Shown here one piece after another: positions 9,174 to 18,961 of a DNA stretch of 64,000 nt. A program made the translations under genes and the position numbers. Positions within the stretch are counted from its first letter, which is position 1; the number at the start of each line of letters is the position of its first letter. The DNA lies in the NCBI RefSeq assembly GCF_017302975.1, contig NZ_JAFIMT010000003.1; one strand, 5' to 3'. The notes below the pieces were generated by a model. It was not told the DNA's origin. It did no database searches and worked only from the letters and a program-made list of their open reading frames with translations. The stretch is from Corallococcus exiguus (lineage in GTDB: Bacteria > Myxococcota > Myxococcia > Myxococcales > Myxococcaceae).

Positions 9174-9803
9174 TCAGCGCGCGTGGACCTTCAGCTCCGC
9201 GTTCCCCAGCGACGAGGCGACGCGGAGCATCACCTTCTCGGTGCCGTCGGGGATGACGGGCTGGCCGTCGGTGAAGGTCTTGGGGAAGCGCACGCGGTAG
9301 CCCACCCAGAAGAGGCTGGCGTAGGGGTAGTAGGCGCGCACGTTGAGGTCCGCCCGGCCCAGGCGGCGGATCTCCATGGGCGTGATTTCGCCCGCGGGCG
9401 TCACCAGCGCGATCCGCCAGATGCTGTTGCGGTGGGCGAAGTCGTCGTAGCGGTAGTCGTTGACGTGCACCGCCAGGAAGAACTCGTGGAACTTCGCCGC
9501 GTCGGCCTGTTCCTCCGCCAGCAGCTGCTCCACCTTCGCCGCGGGCAGCGTCTGGAAGATGGCGCGGCGGTGGATGCGGGCCTCGCGGAACGCAGGCGTC
9601 TGGAACGTGGCCCCCGCGAAGACGCGCGTGTCGAAGCCGTCGTAGATCTCCTTGCGGTCCGAGTACCGGTCCAACACCGCCATGTAGGCGGACTCCTGCT
9701 TGGGGTCATCCAGCGTGGGCGCGGGCTCTCCGACGATGGGGGGCGAGGTGGAGCAGCCGCCCAGCACGCCCAGCAGCACCGCGGCCACCAGCAGCCTTCT
9801 CAC
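9174..9803 (-). CDS. Lipoprotein of unknown function
   Basis: It has a signal peptide with the lipobox LGGC; no recognised catalytic motifs. Confidence 0.6.
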   Translation of the reverse strand: MRRLLVAAVLLGVLGGCSTSPPIVGEPAPTLDDPKQESAYMAVLDRYSDRKEIYDGFDTRVFAGATFQTPAFREARIHRRAIFQTLPAAKVEQLLAEEQADAAKFHEFFLAVHVNDYRYDDFAHRNSIWRIALVTPAGEITPMEIRRLGRADLNVRAYYPYASLFWVGYRVRFPKTFTDGQPVIPDGTEKVMLRVASSLGNAELKVHAR

Positions 9804-10375
9804 GGGATGAAGTCCTTGCGCGTGAACAGCGTGGTGAGGCGGTGGCCGGCGGACTCCACGGCCTCGCGTCCGCCCTCCAGCCTGTCCACCAGCGCGAAGG
9901 CGCCCAGCACCGTCAGGCCCTCCAGCTTCGCGCGCTCAATCGCCTTGAGGGTGGACGCGCCCGTCGTCACCACGTCCTCCACGATGGCCACCGGGGCGCC
10001 GGGGCTCAGCGCGGACAGGCCTTCAATCCACTGGCCGGTGCCGTGGCCCTTGGGCTCCTTGCGCACGATGAACGCGTGCAGGGGCTTCTGGCCGCCGCCC
10101 TCCAGGAAGCTGGTCAGGCTCACCGCCGACGCGAGCGGATCCGCGCCCAGCGTCAGCCCGCCCGCGGCCACCGCCGACGGAGCGTCGCGCCGGATGGCCT
10201 CCAGCAGCAGCCGGCCGATGAGGTAGTGGCCCTCGGCGAGCAGCGCCGTGCGCTTGCAGTCGATGTAGAAGTCCGACTCCTTGCCGGAGGAGAGCACCAC
10301 GCGCCTGCGCTCGAAGGAGCGCTGCGTGAGCACCTCCAGGAGCCGGGCGCGGTCGCGTTCGAGCGTTTCCGCCAT
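9800..10375 (-). CDS. pyrE: Orotate phosphoribosyltransferase
   Basis: It has the PRPP-binding motif VAIVEDVVTTGAS and the length and composition typical of PyrE. Confidence 0.9.
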   Translation of the reverse strand: MAETLERDRARLLEVLTQRSFERRRVVLSSGKESDFYIDCKRTALLAEGHYLIGRLLLEAIRRDAPSAVAAGGLTLGADPLASAVSLTSFLEGGGQKPLHAFIVRKEPKGHGTGQWIEGLSALSPGAPVAIVEDVVTTGASTLKAIERAKLEGLTVLGAFALVDRLEGGREAVESAGHRLTTLFTRKDFIP

Positions 10376-10378
10376 GGC

Positions 10379-11704
10379 CTACAGACCCTCCAGGTATGCC
10401 ACCAGCTGCGCCGAGTAGCGCAGCTGCATGAGCAGCTCCGCCTTGCGCGATTCGTCCAGCGCCGCGAACACGTCCGCGAGCAGCGACAGTTCCTGATTGA
10501 GGACGCCCATGCGCTGCGCGACGTCCGCCGCCAGTTCGTCCGCGTCGATCTCCTCCTCGACGCCCTCCGGGGCCAGCGTCTCCTCGGTGGCGAGCGCCTT
10601 CTCCAGCATGTCGCGCACCGGCGCCGTCAGCCGGCCTTCGGCCTCCAGCGACTCGCGCTTGGCCTCCAGCACGTCGTGCTCCACCGGCGAGGCGTGGATG
10701 GCCTCCGCCAGGGACAACAGGAGCGCGTCCTCGTCGGACAGCTCCTCGTGCACGCGCACCTGGAGCTGGTCGCGCTTGAGGAAGCGCAGCGCCGCCACGC
10801 GCCGGAAGCCGCAGATGAGCTGGTAGCGATCCTCGCCGCGCGGGCGCACGTCCACCGGGAACAGCTGGCCCAGTCGCGCCAGGTCCGTGGCCAGCTCGGA
10901 CACGTCGCCCTCGTCCCGCAGGCGGAAGGTGGTGTCCTCCTCCAGTCGCTCCAGCGGCAGCACCATCGCCGTCACCTGTCCCATCACGCGCGGCTCGATG
11001 GCCTGCGCGTGGGGCTCCCCTTCCGAAGTCGCCGCGCCGTCGTTGGCGCTGTGTTCCGAACCGTCTCCGGAGCCCATGGAGCCCGCGTCCTCCTGGCTCG
11101 CACGGCTCGCCACGTCCCAGATGCCGGCGCTCAGCAGCGCGTCGTCCGCGCCCGACACCGGACCGGAGCGCGGCTCCGCCACCACATCCTTCGCCTCGCC
11201 GCCAACGTCGCTGCCCGTGCCGGAGGCGTCCTGGACGCTCTCGCCCGAGGACAGCTCCACGTAGCGGCCGGGGCCCGAAGAGGCCTCCGCGTCCGCCGGG
11301 GTGCTGGTGCCCTCGCCCTGCACGGTCGCCCCGGAGCCTTCCGGTTCGCCGCCCTGGGCGGATGCTCCACCCGACGTCGCGACGTCCCCGGCGGGAGTCT
11401 CTTCCCCGGTACGGCCCGGCGACGCGTCGCCCTCGGTGCGTGTCTCCGGCTCACTGGAGGCTCCGGCGGCCGTGCTGGCCTCGGTCGCGCTCACGGTGGC
11501 CTGCCCACTCTCTTCAGGCACGTCGGTCTGGGCCCCACCCGCTTCAGCCTGGGGAGCACCTTCCGGCGTCACGTCTCCACTCGCGCCCTCGCCATGCTTC
11601 GGCGCGGACGCGTCAGCCGCTCCCTCCTGCTGGGACGGCATCTCATTCTCCCCAGGTGTGCCCGGCATCCCTTCCTGTCCCTCGGCCCTGTGCTCGGCGT
11701 CCAT
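10379..11704 (-). CDS. padC: ParB/Srx-domain protein with an acidic low-complexity N-terminus (PadC-like bactofilin adaptor)
   Basis: Its C-terminal half contains a ParB N-terminal-like fold ([28 protein letters not shown]). It sits immediately downstream of three bactofilin genes, as in the M. xanthus bacNOP-padC operon. Confidence 0.75.
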   Translation of the reverse strand: MDAEHRAEGQEGMPGTPGENEMPSQQEGAADASAPKHGEGASGDVTPEGAPQAEAGGAQTDVPEESGQATVSATEASTAAGASSEPETRTEGDASPGRTGEETPAGDVATSGGASAQGGEPEGSGATVQGEGTSTPADAEASSGPGRYVELSSGESVQDASGTGSDVGGEAKDVVAEPRSGPVSGADDALLSAGIWDVASRASQEDAGSMGSGDGSEHSANDGAATSEGEPHAQAIEPRVMGQVTAMVLPLERLEEDTTFRLRDEGDVSELATDLARLGQLFPVDVRPRGEDRYQLICGFRRVAALRFLKRDQLQVRVHEELSDEDALLLSLAEAIHASPVEHDVLEAKRESLEAEGRLTAPVRDMLEKALATEETLAPEGVEEEIDADELAADVAQRMGVLNQELSLLADVFAALDESRKAELLMQLRYSAQLVAYLEGL

Positions 11705-11765
11705 GGTGGCACCCCCGGTTGTTCCACCCCCGCGCCGCCGGAAACGACGGCGCGGCGGGCGGGCT

Positions 11766-12479
11766 CTAACGGGACTTCTTCACCACGACCTTCTTCTTCG
11801 CGCCAGCACCCATCACGCGGGTCAGGGGCGCGCCGGCACTGCTCGCCTGCTCAGTGACTGCCGGACGAGGAGGCTCCGGAGCCCGGGTCGTGGTCGCGGC
11901 GGGAGGCGGGGGCGGCGGCAGCGGCTTGGCCGACGGACGGGCCACGACGGTGGCCGGCGCCGACGCGGGCTGCGTGCGCGCGGGGGGCGGGGGCGGCGTC
12001 GGGGCGGCGCGCGGCGGCGCGGCCGGCGGCGTCGGAGGACGCGGCGGGGTGGCCCCCGGACGCACCGTGGGACGCGTCACCGCCTGGGGACGGGCCACGG
12101 CGGGGCGTTCGGACGGCAGCCGGCCCGGTTCCACGTCTCCCATGTCCACGCGGCCGCGGAAGCTGGCCCCGTCCACGATGATGACGCGGGGGGCGCGGAT
12201 GTCGCCCACCATGCGGCCTTCGCGGGTGAGCTCCACGCTCTCCGTGGCGTTGATGTTGCCCACCACCACGCCGCTGACGATGGCGTTTCTCACCGCCACG
12301 TTGGCCTTCACCACGCCGGACGGCTCCACGATGAGGGTGCGGCTGAGGGTGAGTTCACCCTCGACGCGCCCGCGGACCGTGAGGTCCTCGTCACCCGTGA
12401 GCCGACCGCTGATGAGGATGGAGGGCCCCACCACGGTGTTGTCGACGGCGTTGCCTGCAAGATCCTTCGCGGTCGCCAC
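11766..12479 (-). CDS. bacP: Bactofilin with a Pro-rich C-terminal extension (BacP-like)
   Basis: It has a DUF583 bactofilin beta-helical core (...[29 protein letters not shown]...) followed by a roughly 110-aa P/A-rich tail ending in [10 protein letters not shown]. Confidence 0.8.
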   Translation of the reverse strand: MATAKDLAGNAVDNTVVGPSILISGRLTGDEDLTVRGRVEGELTLSRTLIVEPSGVVKANVAVRNAIVSGVVVGNINATESVELTREGRMVGDIRAPRVIIVDGASFRGRVDMGDVEPGRLPSERPAVARPQAVTRPTVRPGATPPRPPTPPAAPPRAAPTPPPPPARTQPASAPATVVARPSAKPLPPPPPPAATTTRAPEPPRPAVTEQASSAGAPLTRVMGAGAKKKVVVKKSR

Positions 12480-12482
12480 GGA

Positions 12483-12806
12483 TCAGCGCTCCTTCATGTC
12501 CATGTCGACGTTGCCCTTGAAGGAGGCACCGTCGGCGATGAGGATGCGCGGGGCCTTGATGTCGCCCACCACGCGGCAGTCCGTCTTCAGCTCGACCTTG
12601 TCGGTGGCGGCGATGTTGCCCGTCACGCGGCCGGCGATCTCCACGTTCTGCGTCTCGATGTCCGCCTCGACGACGCCCGAGCCCTCCACGTAGAGGCTCT
12701 CCTTGAGGGAGATCTTCCCCTTCACGGTGCCCTGGATGACCAGGTCCTCGTCACCGGAAATCTCCCCATCGATGACGATGCTCGAGCCAATGATCGTATT
12801 CGCCAT
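12483..12806 (-). CDS. bacO: Bactofilin (BacO-like)
   Basis: The 107-aa product is an all-beta bactofilin domain with the DGASFKGNVDM C-terminal motif. Confidence 0.8.
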   Translation of the reverse strand: MANTIIGSSIVIDGEISGDEDLVIQGTVKGKISLKESLYVEGSGVVEADIETQNVEIAGRVTGNIAATDKVELKTDCRVVGDIKAPRILIADGASFKGNVDMDMKER

Positions 12807-12868
12807 GAGTGTGTCCGCCTTCTCGAAGCTGTGCGCCTGGGGGGCCGTGGGTCGGTCCCCGGTGGATG

Positions 12869-13210
12869 CTAGATGTCGTCCGGCAACTTCACGTCCATCT
12901 CGATGGAGCCGTTGAACACGGCACCATCCTCGATGACGACCCGTGGGGCCTTGATGTCGCCCGCGACCTTCGCCGAGGCGTTGATGGCCACGCGCGTGGA
13001 GGCGTCGATGTTGCCGCTCGCCTCGCCGTTGATGGTCAGTTCCTCGGCGCGGATGTCCGCCTGCACCTTGCCGGTGCCCTCGATGGTGAGGTGGTTCTTC
13101 AGGGCGATCTGCCCCTCCACGCGTCCTTCGATGACCAGGTCCCCTCCGCCCGTGAGGTTGCCCCTGATGACGATGCCCTTGCCAATGATGCCCGTTTCAC
13201 CCTGTGCCAT
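12869..13210 (-). CDS. bacN: Bactofilin (BacN-like)
   Basis: The 113-aa product has a bactofilin domain and is paralogous to the two downstream bactofilin genes. Confidence 0.8.
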   Translation of the reverse strand: MAQGETGIIGKGIVIRGNLTGGGDLVIEGRVEGQIALKNHLTIEGTGKVQADIRAEELTINGEASGNIDASTRVAINASAKVAGDIKAPRVVIEDGAVFNGSIEMDVKLPDDI

Positions 13211-13263
13211 GAGGTGATCCTCGCCAGCGCCTGCTCCGTCGGGAGCGGGGCGACCTGATTATG

Positions 13264-14100
13264 TCAGAGATGCGCGGAGATCCAGCCGGAGATGTCCTGG
13301 AACACCGTCGCGCGGTCCCGCTCGTTGAGCGGCTCGTGCCGCATGCCGGGGTACTCCTTGAACTTCTTGTCCGCCGTCCCCGCCGCCTCGAAGAAAGCCC
13401 GCGCAGCCGCCGGCAGCGCCACCCCGTCCTCCTGACCGCACAGCACGAACAGCGGCACTTGAATCTTCGGCGCCAGCCCGAGCGTCTGCGCCTGGGCGGC
13501 CGTGGACTCCACGAACCAGCGGGGCGTGGCGAAGGGCACGTAGAGCGGGTCCGCCCCGACTGCCTTCTGGATGTCCGGGTCGGTGCTGAGCATCTCCGGA
13601 GCCAGGCCCGAGGGGACCTTCATCCACGGCACCAGGGTGCCCACCATGCGCGCGGCGAGCACCTTCGCGGCCGGCGGGCTGATGGCCAGCTTGAGGTAGG
13701 GCGCGGAGAGGATGGCGCCGGAGAGGCCTTCCAGTCTCCCGGTCAGGGCGTGCGCGGCCATCAGGCCGCCGTGGCTGTGGGCGAGCAGGAAGATCTTCTC
13801 GTTGCCCGCGGCCTTGCGCACGCGTTGCCAGAAGCCGTCCAGGTCGTCGAGGAACTCGGTCCACTTGGCGGCGTAGGCGCGCCGGCCGTCCGCGCGGCCG
13901 TGGCCCCGGTAGTCGAAGCCGTGCACGGCGAAGCCGTCCTGCACCAGCGCGTCGATGACGGGCCTGTAGCGGCCGATGTGGTCGCCGTAGCCATGGACGA
14001 TGGCGACGTGCGCGCGCGGAGCCGCGTCCGGCAGGTCGAGCGTCCAGAACAGCCGGGTGTTGTCCTTCCCGGTGAAGAAGCCTTCGTCGTGGCGGGCCAT
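13264..14100 (-). CDS. Alpha/beta hydrolase (lysophospholipase/monoacylglycerol-lipase-like)
   Basis: It has an HGYGDH oxyanion region and the nucleophile elbow AHSHGG. Confidence 0.8.
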   Translation of the reverse strand: MARHDEGFFTGKDNTRLFWTLDLPDAAPRAHVAIVHGYGDHIGRYRPVIDALVQDGFAVHGFDYRGHGRADGRRAYAAKWTEFLDDLDGFWQRVRKAAGNEKIFLLAHSHGGLMAAHALTGRLEGLSGAILSAPYLKLAISPPAAKVLAARMVGTLVPWMKVPSGLAPEMLSTDPDIQKAVGADPLYVPFATPRWFVESTAAQAQTLGLAPKIQVPLFVLCGQEDGVALPAAARAFFEAAGTADKKFKEYPGMRHEPLNERDRATVFQDISGWISAHL

Positions 14101-14112
14101 GAGCCCGGGACC

Positions 14113-16002
14113 TTAGCGGCCCGGCGCGGTCGAGGGTAGCGCCTTCAACTTGCGCTGCAGGGTGATGCGCTGGTCCGCGGGCTCGGCGGCCTCCGGCTCC
14201 AGCGTCAGCACCTCCAGCGCGCGCTTCCAGGTCCGGACGGCCTCCGGGGCGCGGCCCGCCTTGAGGTACGCGTCCCCCAGGTGCTCCAGGATGGCGGGGT
14301 CGTCCGGGGCCAGCTCCACCGCGCGCTCCAGGACCTCCACGGCCTTCTTCGCGTCGCCACGCTGGAAGAGGACCCACCCCAGCGAGTCCACGTAGGCCCC
14401 GTTGTCCGGCCGGAGCGCCAGCGCACGGCGCACCAGCCGCTCCGCCTCGTCCAGGTCCCGGCCCCGCTGCGCCATCACGTAACCCATGAAGTTCAGCGCG
14501 GCGGAATGGTCCGGCTTCAGCGCGAGCACCGCCCGCATGCGAGACAGCGCCCCCGCCACGTCGCCCTGGCGATCCAGCAGGGTGGCCAGGGCGAACTGCA
14601 GGTCCTGGTTCCTCGGCGTTTTCGCGACGGCGTCCCTCAAGAGCGCGAGCGCGTCCGGAGCCCGGCCCTGGCGCTCCAGCAGGGTGGCCAGCGCGTCGTA
14701 CGCCAGCGCCCCGCCCTCCCCCGCCAGCGCCTCGCGCAGCACGCCTTCCGCTCGCGCCGCGTCCCCGCTGCGCTCCAGCGCCCGGGCGTAGCCGACGCGC
14801 ACCTCCACGTCGTCGGGCGCTTCCGACATGGCCATGCGGTAGAGCACCAACGCGCGTGGGTGGTCTCCCAGCAGCGACAGACAGCGGGCCTGGCGCACGC
14901 GGGCGTCGGGGAACACCTCCGAGTCCGGGGGCACGCCCGCGAAGTCCGCGGCGGCGACGGAGAAGCGGCGCGTGCGCTCCGCGACGAGGCCGGCGTAGTA
15001 CGCGAGGCGGGGCTCGTCCGGCGCGTCCTTGCGCGCGGCGTCCAGCACCTCCTTCGCTGCGGCGGGCTCTCCTGAGGACAGGTAGCTGAAGGCCACCCTC
15101 ACAGCCAGCTCCGGCGACGCGGAGAGCGATAGCAGCCGGTCGAAGTAGGCCCGCGCCCGGGTCGCCGACCCGCCCTTCAGCGCGGCACGGCCCGCGGACA
15201 GCAACACCTCCCGGCTGTCCGGATCCGCCTCCAGCGCGCGGGCCAGCGCGTCCTCCGCCTCCTTCGGACGGCCAGAGTCCTCGTAGAGCCGGGCCAGCGT
15301 GGACCACACCTCCACGTCGCCCGGGTCGCGCTCGGAGGCCTTCGCGAGCAGGCGCTCGGCGCGGGCCGCGTCGCCGCGCTCGGCCAGCACGAGCCCCAGC
15401 CGCCGGTAGCCGGAGGCCTCTCCCGGCAGCGCGTGGGCCAGCGACTCCACCACCTTCACCGCCTCGTCGGGGGCCTTCGCGTCCAGGTACAGCTGCGACA
15501 GGACGAGGTACGCCTCCGGCTCGCGGGGACGCAGGGCCACCGCGCGGCGCAGGTGCTGCTTCGCGCGCGCCGTGCGGCCGGACTCCAGCAACACCCGGCC
15601 CAGGAGCACGTGGGCGGCGTAGTGCGTGGGCGCCTTCTCCACGGCCCGGCGAAGTTCGCGTTCGGCGCGCTCCAGGTCACCCAGGCGCGCGTACTCCTCG
15701 CCCAGCTGGGTGAGGAGGGTCGGGTTGCCGTCGTCGGTGGCGAGCGCCAGCCGCAGCTCGTCCACCGAGGCCCGGTGGTTGCCCTCCAGGTGCATCAGCC
15801 GCGCCTGGAGGTAGTGCGCGTAGCTGGCGGACGACGCGGACGGCTCGTCGTCGCGGTCGCTCGAATCCATGGCCTCGCGCATCGCCTCGCGATCGACGTG
15901 CGGGGCCGGGGCCTTCCTCGCGGGCGCGGCCCCCGAACCTCCGGCGGCCAGCGCGAGGCACATCACGGCGGCACGGCTGAGGAGCGGGAGCGAGCGCACG
16001 CG
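14113..16002 (-). CDS. Secreted or periplasmic TPR-repeat protein
   Basis: It has more than 12 TPR motifs throughout and a signal-peptide-like N-terminus (LPLLSRAAVMCLALAAGG). The start is uncertain (GTG 16002 or ATG 15963). Confidence 0.7.
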   Translation of the reverse strand, partial: RVRSLPLLSRAAVMCLALAAGGSGAAPARKAPAPHVDREAMREAMDSSDRDDEPSASSASYAHYLQARLMHLEGNHRASVDELRLALATDDGNPTLLTQLGEEYARLGDLERAERELRRAVEKAPTHYAAHVLLGRVLLESGRTARAKQHLRRAVALRPREPEAYLVLSQLYLDAKAPDEAVKVVESLAHALPGEASGYRRLGLVLAERGDAARAERLLAKASERDPGDVEVWSTLARLYEDSGRPKEAEDALARALEADPDSREVLLSAGRAALKGGSATRARAYFDRLLSLSASPELAVRVAFSYLSSGEPAAAKEVLDAARKDAPDEPRLAYYAGLVAERTRRFSVAAADFAGVPPDSEVFPDARVRQARCLSLLGDHPRALVLYRMAMSEAPDDVEVRVGYARALERSGDAARAEGVLREALAGEGGALAYDALATLLERQGRAPDALALLRDAVAKTPRNQDLQFALATLLDRQGDVAGALSRMRAVLALKPDHSAALNFMGYVMAQRGRDLDEAERLVRRALALRPDNGAYVDSLGWVLFQRGDAKKAVEVLERAVELAPDDPAILEHLGDAYLKAGRAPEAVRTWKRALEVLTLEPEAAEPADQRITLQRKLKALPSTAPGR

Positions 16003-16004
16003 GG

Positions 16005-18518
16005 CTAGTGGACCTCGGGCGGGGGGGCTCCCAGCTTCTCCAGCAGCTTCTCCACTGGATCGCTGTCCTGGCTGACGTCCGCCATGGCGGCCCGGTACTC
16101 GATGGAGGTCACGTTCTCCACGTCCGGCATCAGGCGGTTGATGACCGTGCGCGCCGCGTCCGCGTTGCACTCGGGCAGCACCACCGCGAAGACGCCCAGC
16201 CCCAGGTGGGCGATGGAGTCCGGGTGGCGCACGCGCTTGCGCATCACCTCCGCCATGTTGGGCGGCATGGCGTCCAGGTCGCGGTCCGGGCGCAGCACCG
16301 CCAGCGTGAGGGCGCGGTGGTAGCGCCGGCTGCGGGCCACCTCCTGCTCCAGGCGCAGGAGCAGGCCGCGGCGGTCGAGCAGGCCCGTCACCGGATCGCT
16401 GCCGGTGCGCCGCTGCAGCGAGTTCGCCTTGTCCTGCTGATCCTTCTCACCCCGGCTCAGCTTGAGCGCGCGCTCGGTGCGGTTGAGCAGCTCCACCGCG
16501 TTGAAGGGCTTGGCCATGTAGTCCACCGCGCCCAGGTTGAGCGCGCGGACCTTGTCGGCCACGCCCTGGTGGGCGGACAGGAGGATGACCGGGATGTGCG
16601 CGGTGTCCGACGAGGACTTGAGCGCCATGGCCGCGTCCAGGCCGTCCAGCTTGGGCAGGAACACGTCCATCACCACCAGATCCGGCCGTGAAGCACGTGC
16701 CTTCGCCAGGCCCTCCGCGCCGTCGCGAGCCACCTCCACGCGGTACTTCGAGCGCAGCACCTCCGACAGCACCGCCGCGATTTCGGGCTCGTCCTCCACC
16801 ACCAGCACGCGAGGCTGCTCGGGCGCGGCGCCGGGCGCGGGCTGCGGCCGGGGGTTGCGCGCGGCCTCCTGCGCCAGGGGCAGCGTGAAGACGAAGGTGC
16901 AGCCGCCGTCGGCCGGGCTCTCCGCCCAGATTTCACCGCCGTGCAGCTCCACGAACTCCTTGCAGATGGCCAGCCCCAGCCCCGTGCCCTTGGGCCCGTG
17001 GCGGTAGCGGTCGAAGACGAGGTGCAGCTCGTCCGGGGGAATGCCCACCCCGTTGTCGCTCACCATCACCCGCACCGCGTCGCCGTCCGGCCGCGACAGC
17101 CGCTGCGTGCGCACCACCACCACGCCCGGGTCGCTGGCGTGCTGGATGGCGTTGCTGATGAGGTTCTGCAGCACCTCGTGCAGCTTCACCTCGTCGCCAA
17201 TCAACATCAGGCTGTCGGGGCACTCGGAGCGCAGCGACACGGCCTTCTCCGCCGCCAGAATCTCCAGCTCCGCCACGGCGTCGCGGCACAGCTGCGCCAC
17301 GTCCAGCACGCGGGGCTCGATGGACAGCCGCGCCGCCTCGCCCTTGCCCTTCTCCAGCAGGGACTCGACCAGGGTGAGGATCTTCCGGCCCTGGCGGATC
17401 ATCGCCTCCGCGGACTGCTTCTGCTGCGTCTCCAGCGGCCCTTCCAGCAGCAGCCGGCCGTGCCCCAGGAGCACCTGGAGCGGCGCGCGCAGGTCGTGGC
17501 TGCACACCGCGATGATCTCATCCTTGAGGCGGTTGAGCTCCTTCAGGCGGCGGTTCGCGTCGTTGAGCTCGCGGTAGCGCTCCACGTACGCCAGCTCCAG
17601 GTCCTCGCGCTTCTTCTTCACCGCCGTGTGCAGGCGCGCGTTGCGGATGGAGTTGGCGAGCACACCCGCCACCGCCTCCGCGAACTCCTGCTCGTCGCGG
17701 CCGATGGACGCCTCGCCCTTGGACACGCGCAGGAAGAGCGCGCCCAACAGGTCGTCCTGGCAGATGAGCGGCTGCACCAGGATGGACTTCACGCCCTGCG
17801 GGAGCAGCGACGTGCGCACCTCCGCCATCAGCGGGTCGCGCTGCGCCTCTTCAATCAGGACGGGCTGCCGCGTCTCCAGCGCGCGGCGCAGCTCCGGGTA
17901 GCGCGCCACCTCGATGTCCAGCTGGACGAGGCTCGGGTCCTCCTGCGTCGCGACGACCGTGGCCGTGCGCGCGTGGCTGCCCTCCACCAGCACCACGGAG
18001 CAGCGGTCCGTGCCCGTCACCTGGCCGACCTTCTCCACCGCGATGCGGAGGATCTCCTCCAGCTCCAGCGAGCTGGTGGCCGCCTGGGTGATTTCGAGCA
18101 GCATCCCCATGCGCATCCGGATGCGCTCCTCGCGCTCCTTGAGCCTCCAGGCGCGCAGGGCGGACTCCAGCCGGGGCACCAGTTCGTCGGCGCCACGCAC
18201 GAAGTCGTCCACCGCCAGCCGCTTGAAGGCCTCCGCGGAGCGAGCGCGGCCCTGATCCACCAGCACCGGCAGGCGCTGGAGTTTGTCCGTCTTGCGCACC
18301 GTCTCCAGCAGCTCCGCGGCCCGCTTGGCCGTCACCGCCAGGAGCACCACCTCCGGCTGGAGCTGATCCACCATCTCCGCCAGCCCGGTCTCCCGTTCCG
18401 TGGAGGCGCACTGGTAGCCACTCGCCGTGAGCCGCTCCACCAACGCGTCACCCGCGGCCTTGGCCGCGAGCACCAACACCCGCCCCCGCTGCTCAGACGA
18501 CAACATCTCGATCCTCAC
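16005..18518 (-). CDS. Hybrid sensor histidine kinase: pseudo-REC, GAF, HisKA/HATPase, REC, and a degenerate GGDEF domain
   Basis: It has an H-box SHDLRAPL, N/G boxes (DNGVGIPP, GTGLGLAICK), and a receiver with DLVVMD...KP. The C-terminus is GGDEF-like but HLGLGVF replaces the GG[DE]EF motif. Confidence 0.85.
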   Translation of the reverse strand: MRIEMLSSEQRGRVLVLAAKAAGDALVERLTASGYQCASTERETGLAEMVDQLQPEVVLLAVTAKRAAELLETVRKTDKLQRLPVLVDQGRARSAEAFKRLAVDDFVRGADELVPRLESALRAWRLKEREERIRMRMGMLLEITQAATSSLELEEILRIAVEKVGQVTGTDRCSVVLVEGSHARTATVVATQEDPSLVQLDIEVARYPELRRALETRQPVLIEEAQRDPLMAEVRTSLLPQGVKSILVQPLICQDDLLGALFLRVSKGEASIGRDEQEFAEAVAGVLANSIRNARLHTAVKKKREDLELAYVERYRELNDANRRLKELNRLKDEIIAVCSHDLRAPLQVLLGHGRLLLEGPLETQQKQSAEAMIRQGRKILTLVESLLEKGKGEAARLSIEPRVLDVAQLCRDAVAELEILAAEKAVSLRSECPDSLMLIGDEVKLHEVLQNLISNAIQHASDPGVVVVRTQRLSRPDGDAVRVMVSDNGVGIPPDELHLVFDRYRHGPKGTGLGLAICKEFVELHGGEIWAESPADGGCTFVFTLPLAQEAARNPRPQPAPGAAPEQPRVLVVEDEPEIAAVLSEVLRSKYRVEVARDGAEGLAKARASRPDLVVMDVFLPKLDGLDAAMALKSSSDTAHIPVILLSAHQGVADKVRALNLGAVDYMAKPFNAVELLNRTERALKLSRGEKDQQDKANSLQRRTGSDPVTGLLDRRGLLLRLEQEVARSRRYHRALTLAVLRPDRDLDAMPPNMAEVMRKRVRHPDSIAHLGLGVFAVVLPECNADAARTVINRLMPDVENVTSIEYRAAMADVSQDSDPVEKLLEKLGAPPPEVH

Positions 18519-18961
18519 GGCGCGCCTCCGCCCCGCCCAGACTGGGAACGACGTCGCGGAAACCCGTTGGGTGCGAAAGGGGTCATGGTCGATTCCGGAT
18601 CATGCCGTCTAACCCGTCCGCGGGCCAGCGGTTGAACGGGGCTCTCCTCAAGCGAGAGGGGTGGGAAAAGGCGCGCGACGTATACCCCGGACCGGTGTTC
18701 TTCCTCCGGAATCCCGCACGCGCGTGACGGTCCGATGACCGGAAACCGCCCGTCCACCCCTTGTAGCGGTGGAATCCCACGAAAACAGCCTGACTGTCAC
18801 TTTCTTCCAACACCACCCTCGCCGTCCAGCCGGAGGCAGGGTGAGCGGGCAGGCGTCGGCGGGGGTTTTCAGGGCTCTCGCGATCAGGATTCCGGAGGAA
18901 GGGCGCGGTAAGGGACGTGGCCCCGCCCGCTTCCCGAGGGAGCGCGGTAGAGTGCGGAACC

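Noticed and set aside
18519-18961. About 440-bp non-coding region between the hybrid kinase and the lipoprotein gene; considered as a possible sRNA or riboswitch
   Set aside because: No recognisable conserved RNA motif, terminator-like hairpin or strong promoter consensus was seen. It is probably just 5' and 3' UTR space. It may still deserve a covariance-model scan.
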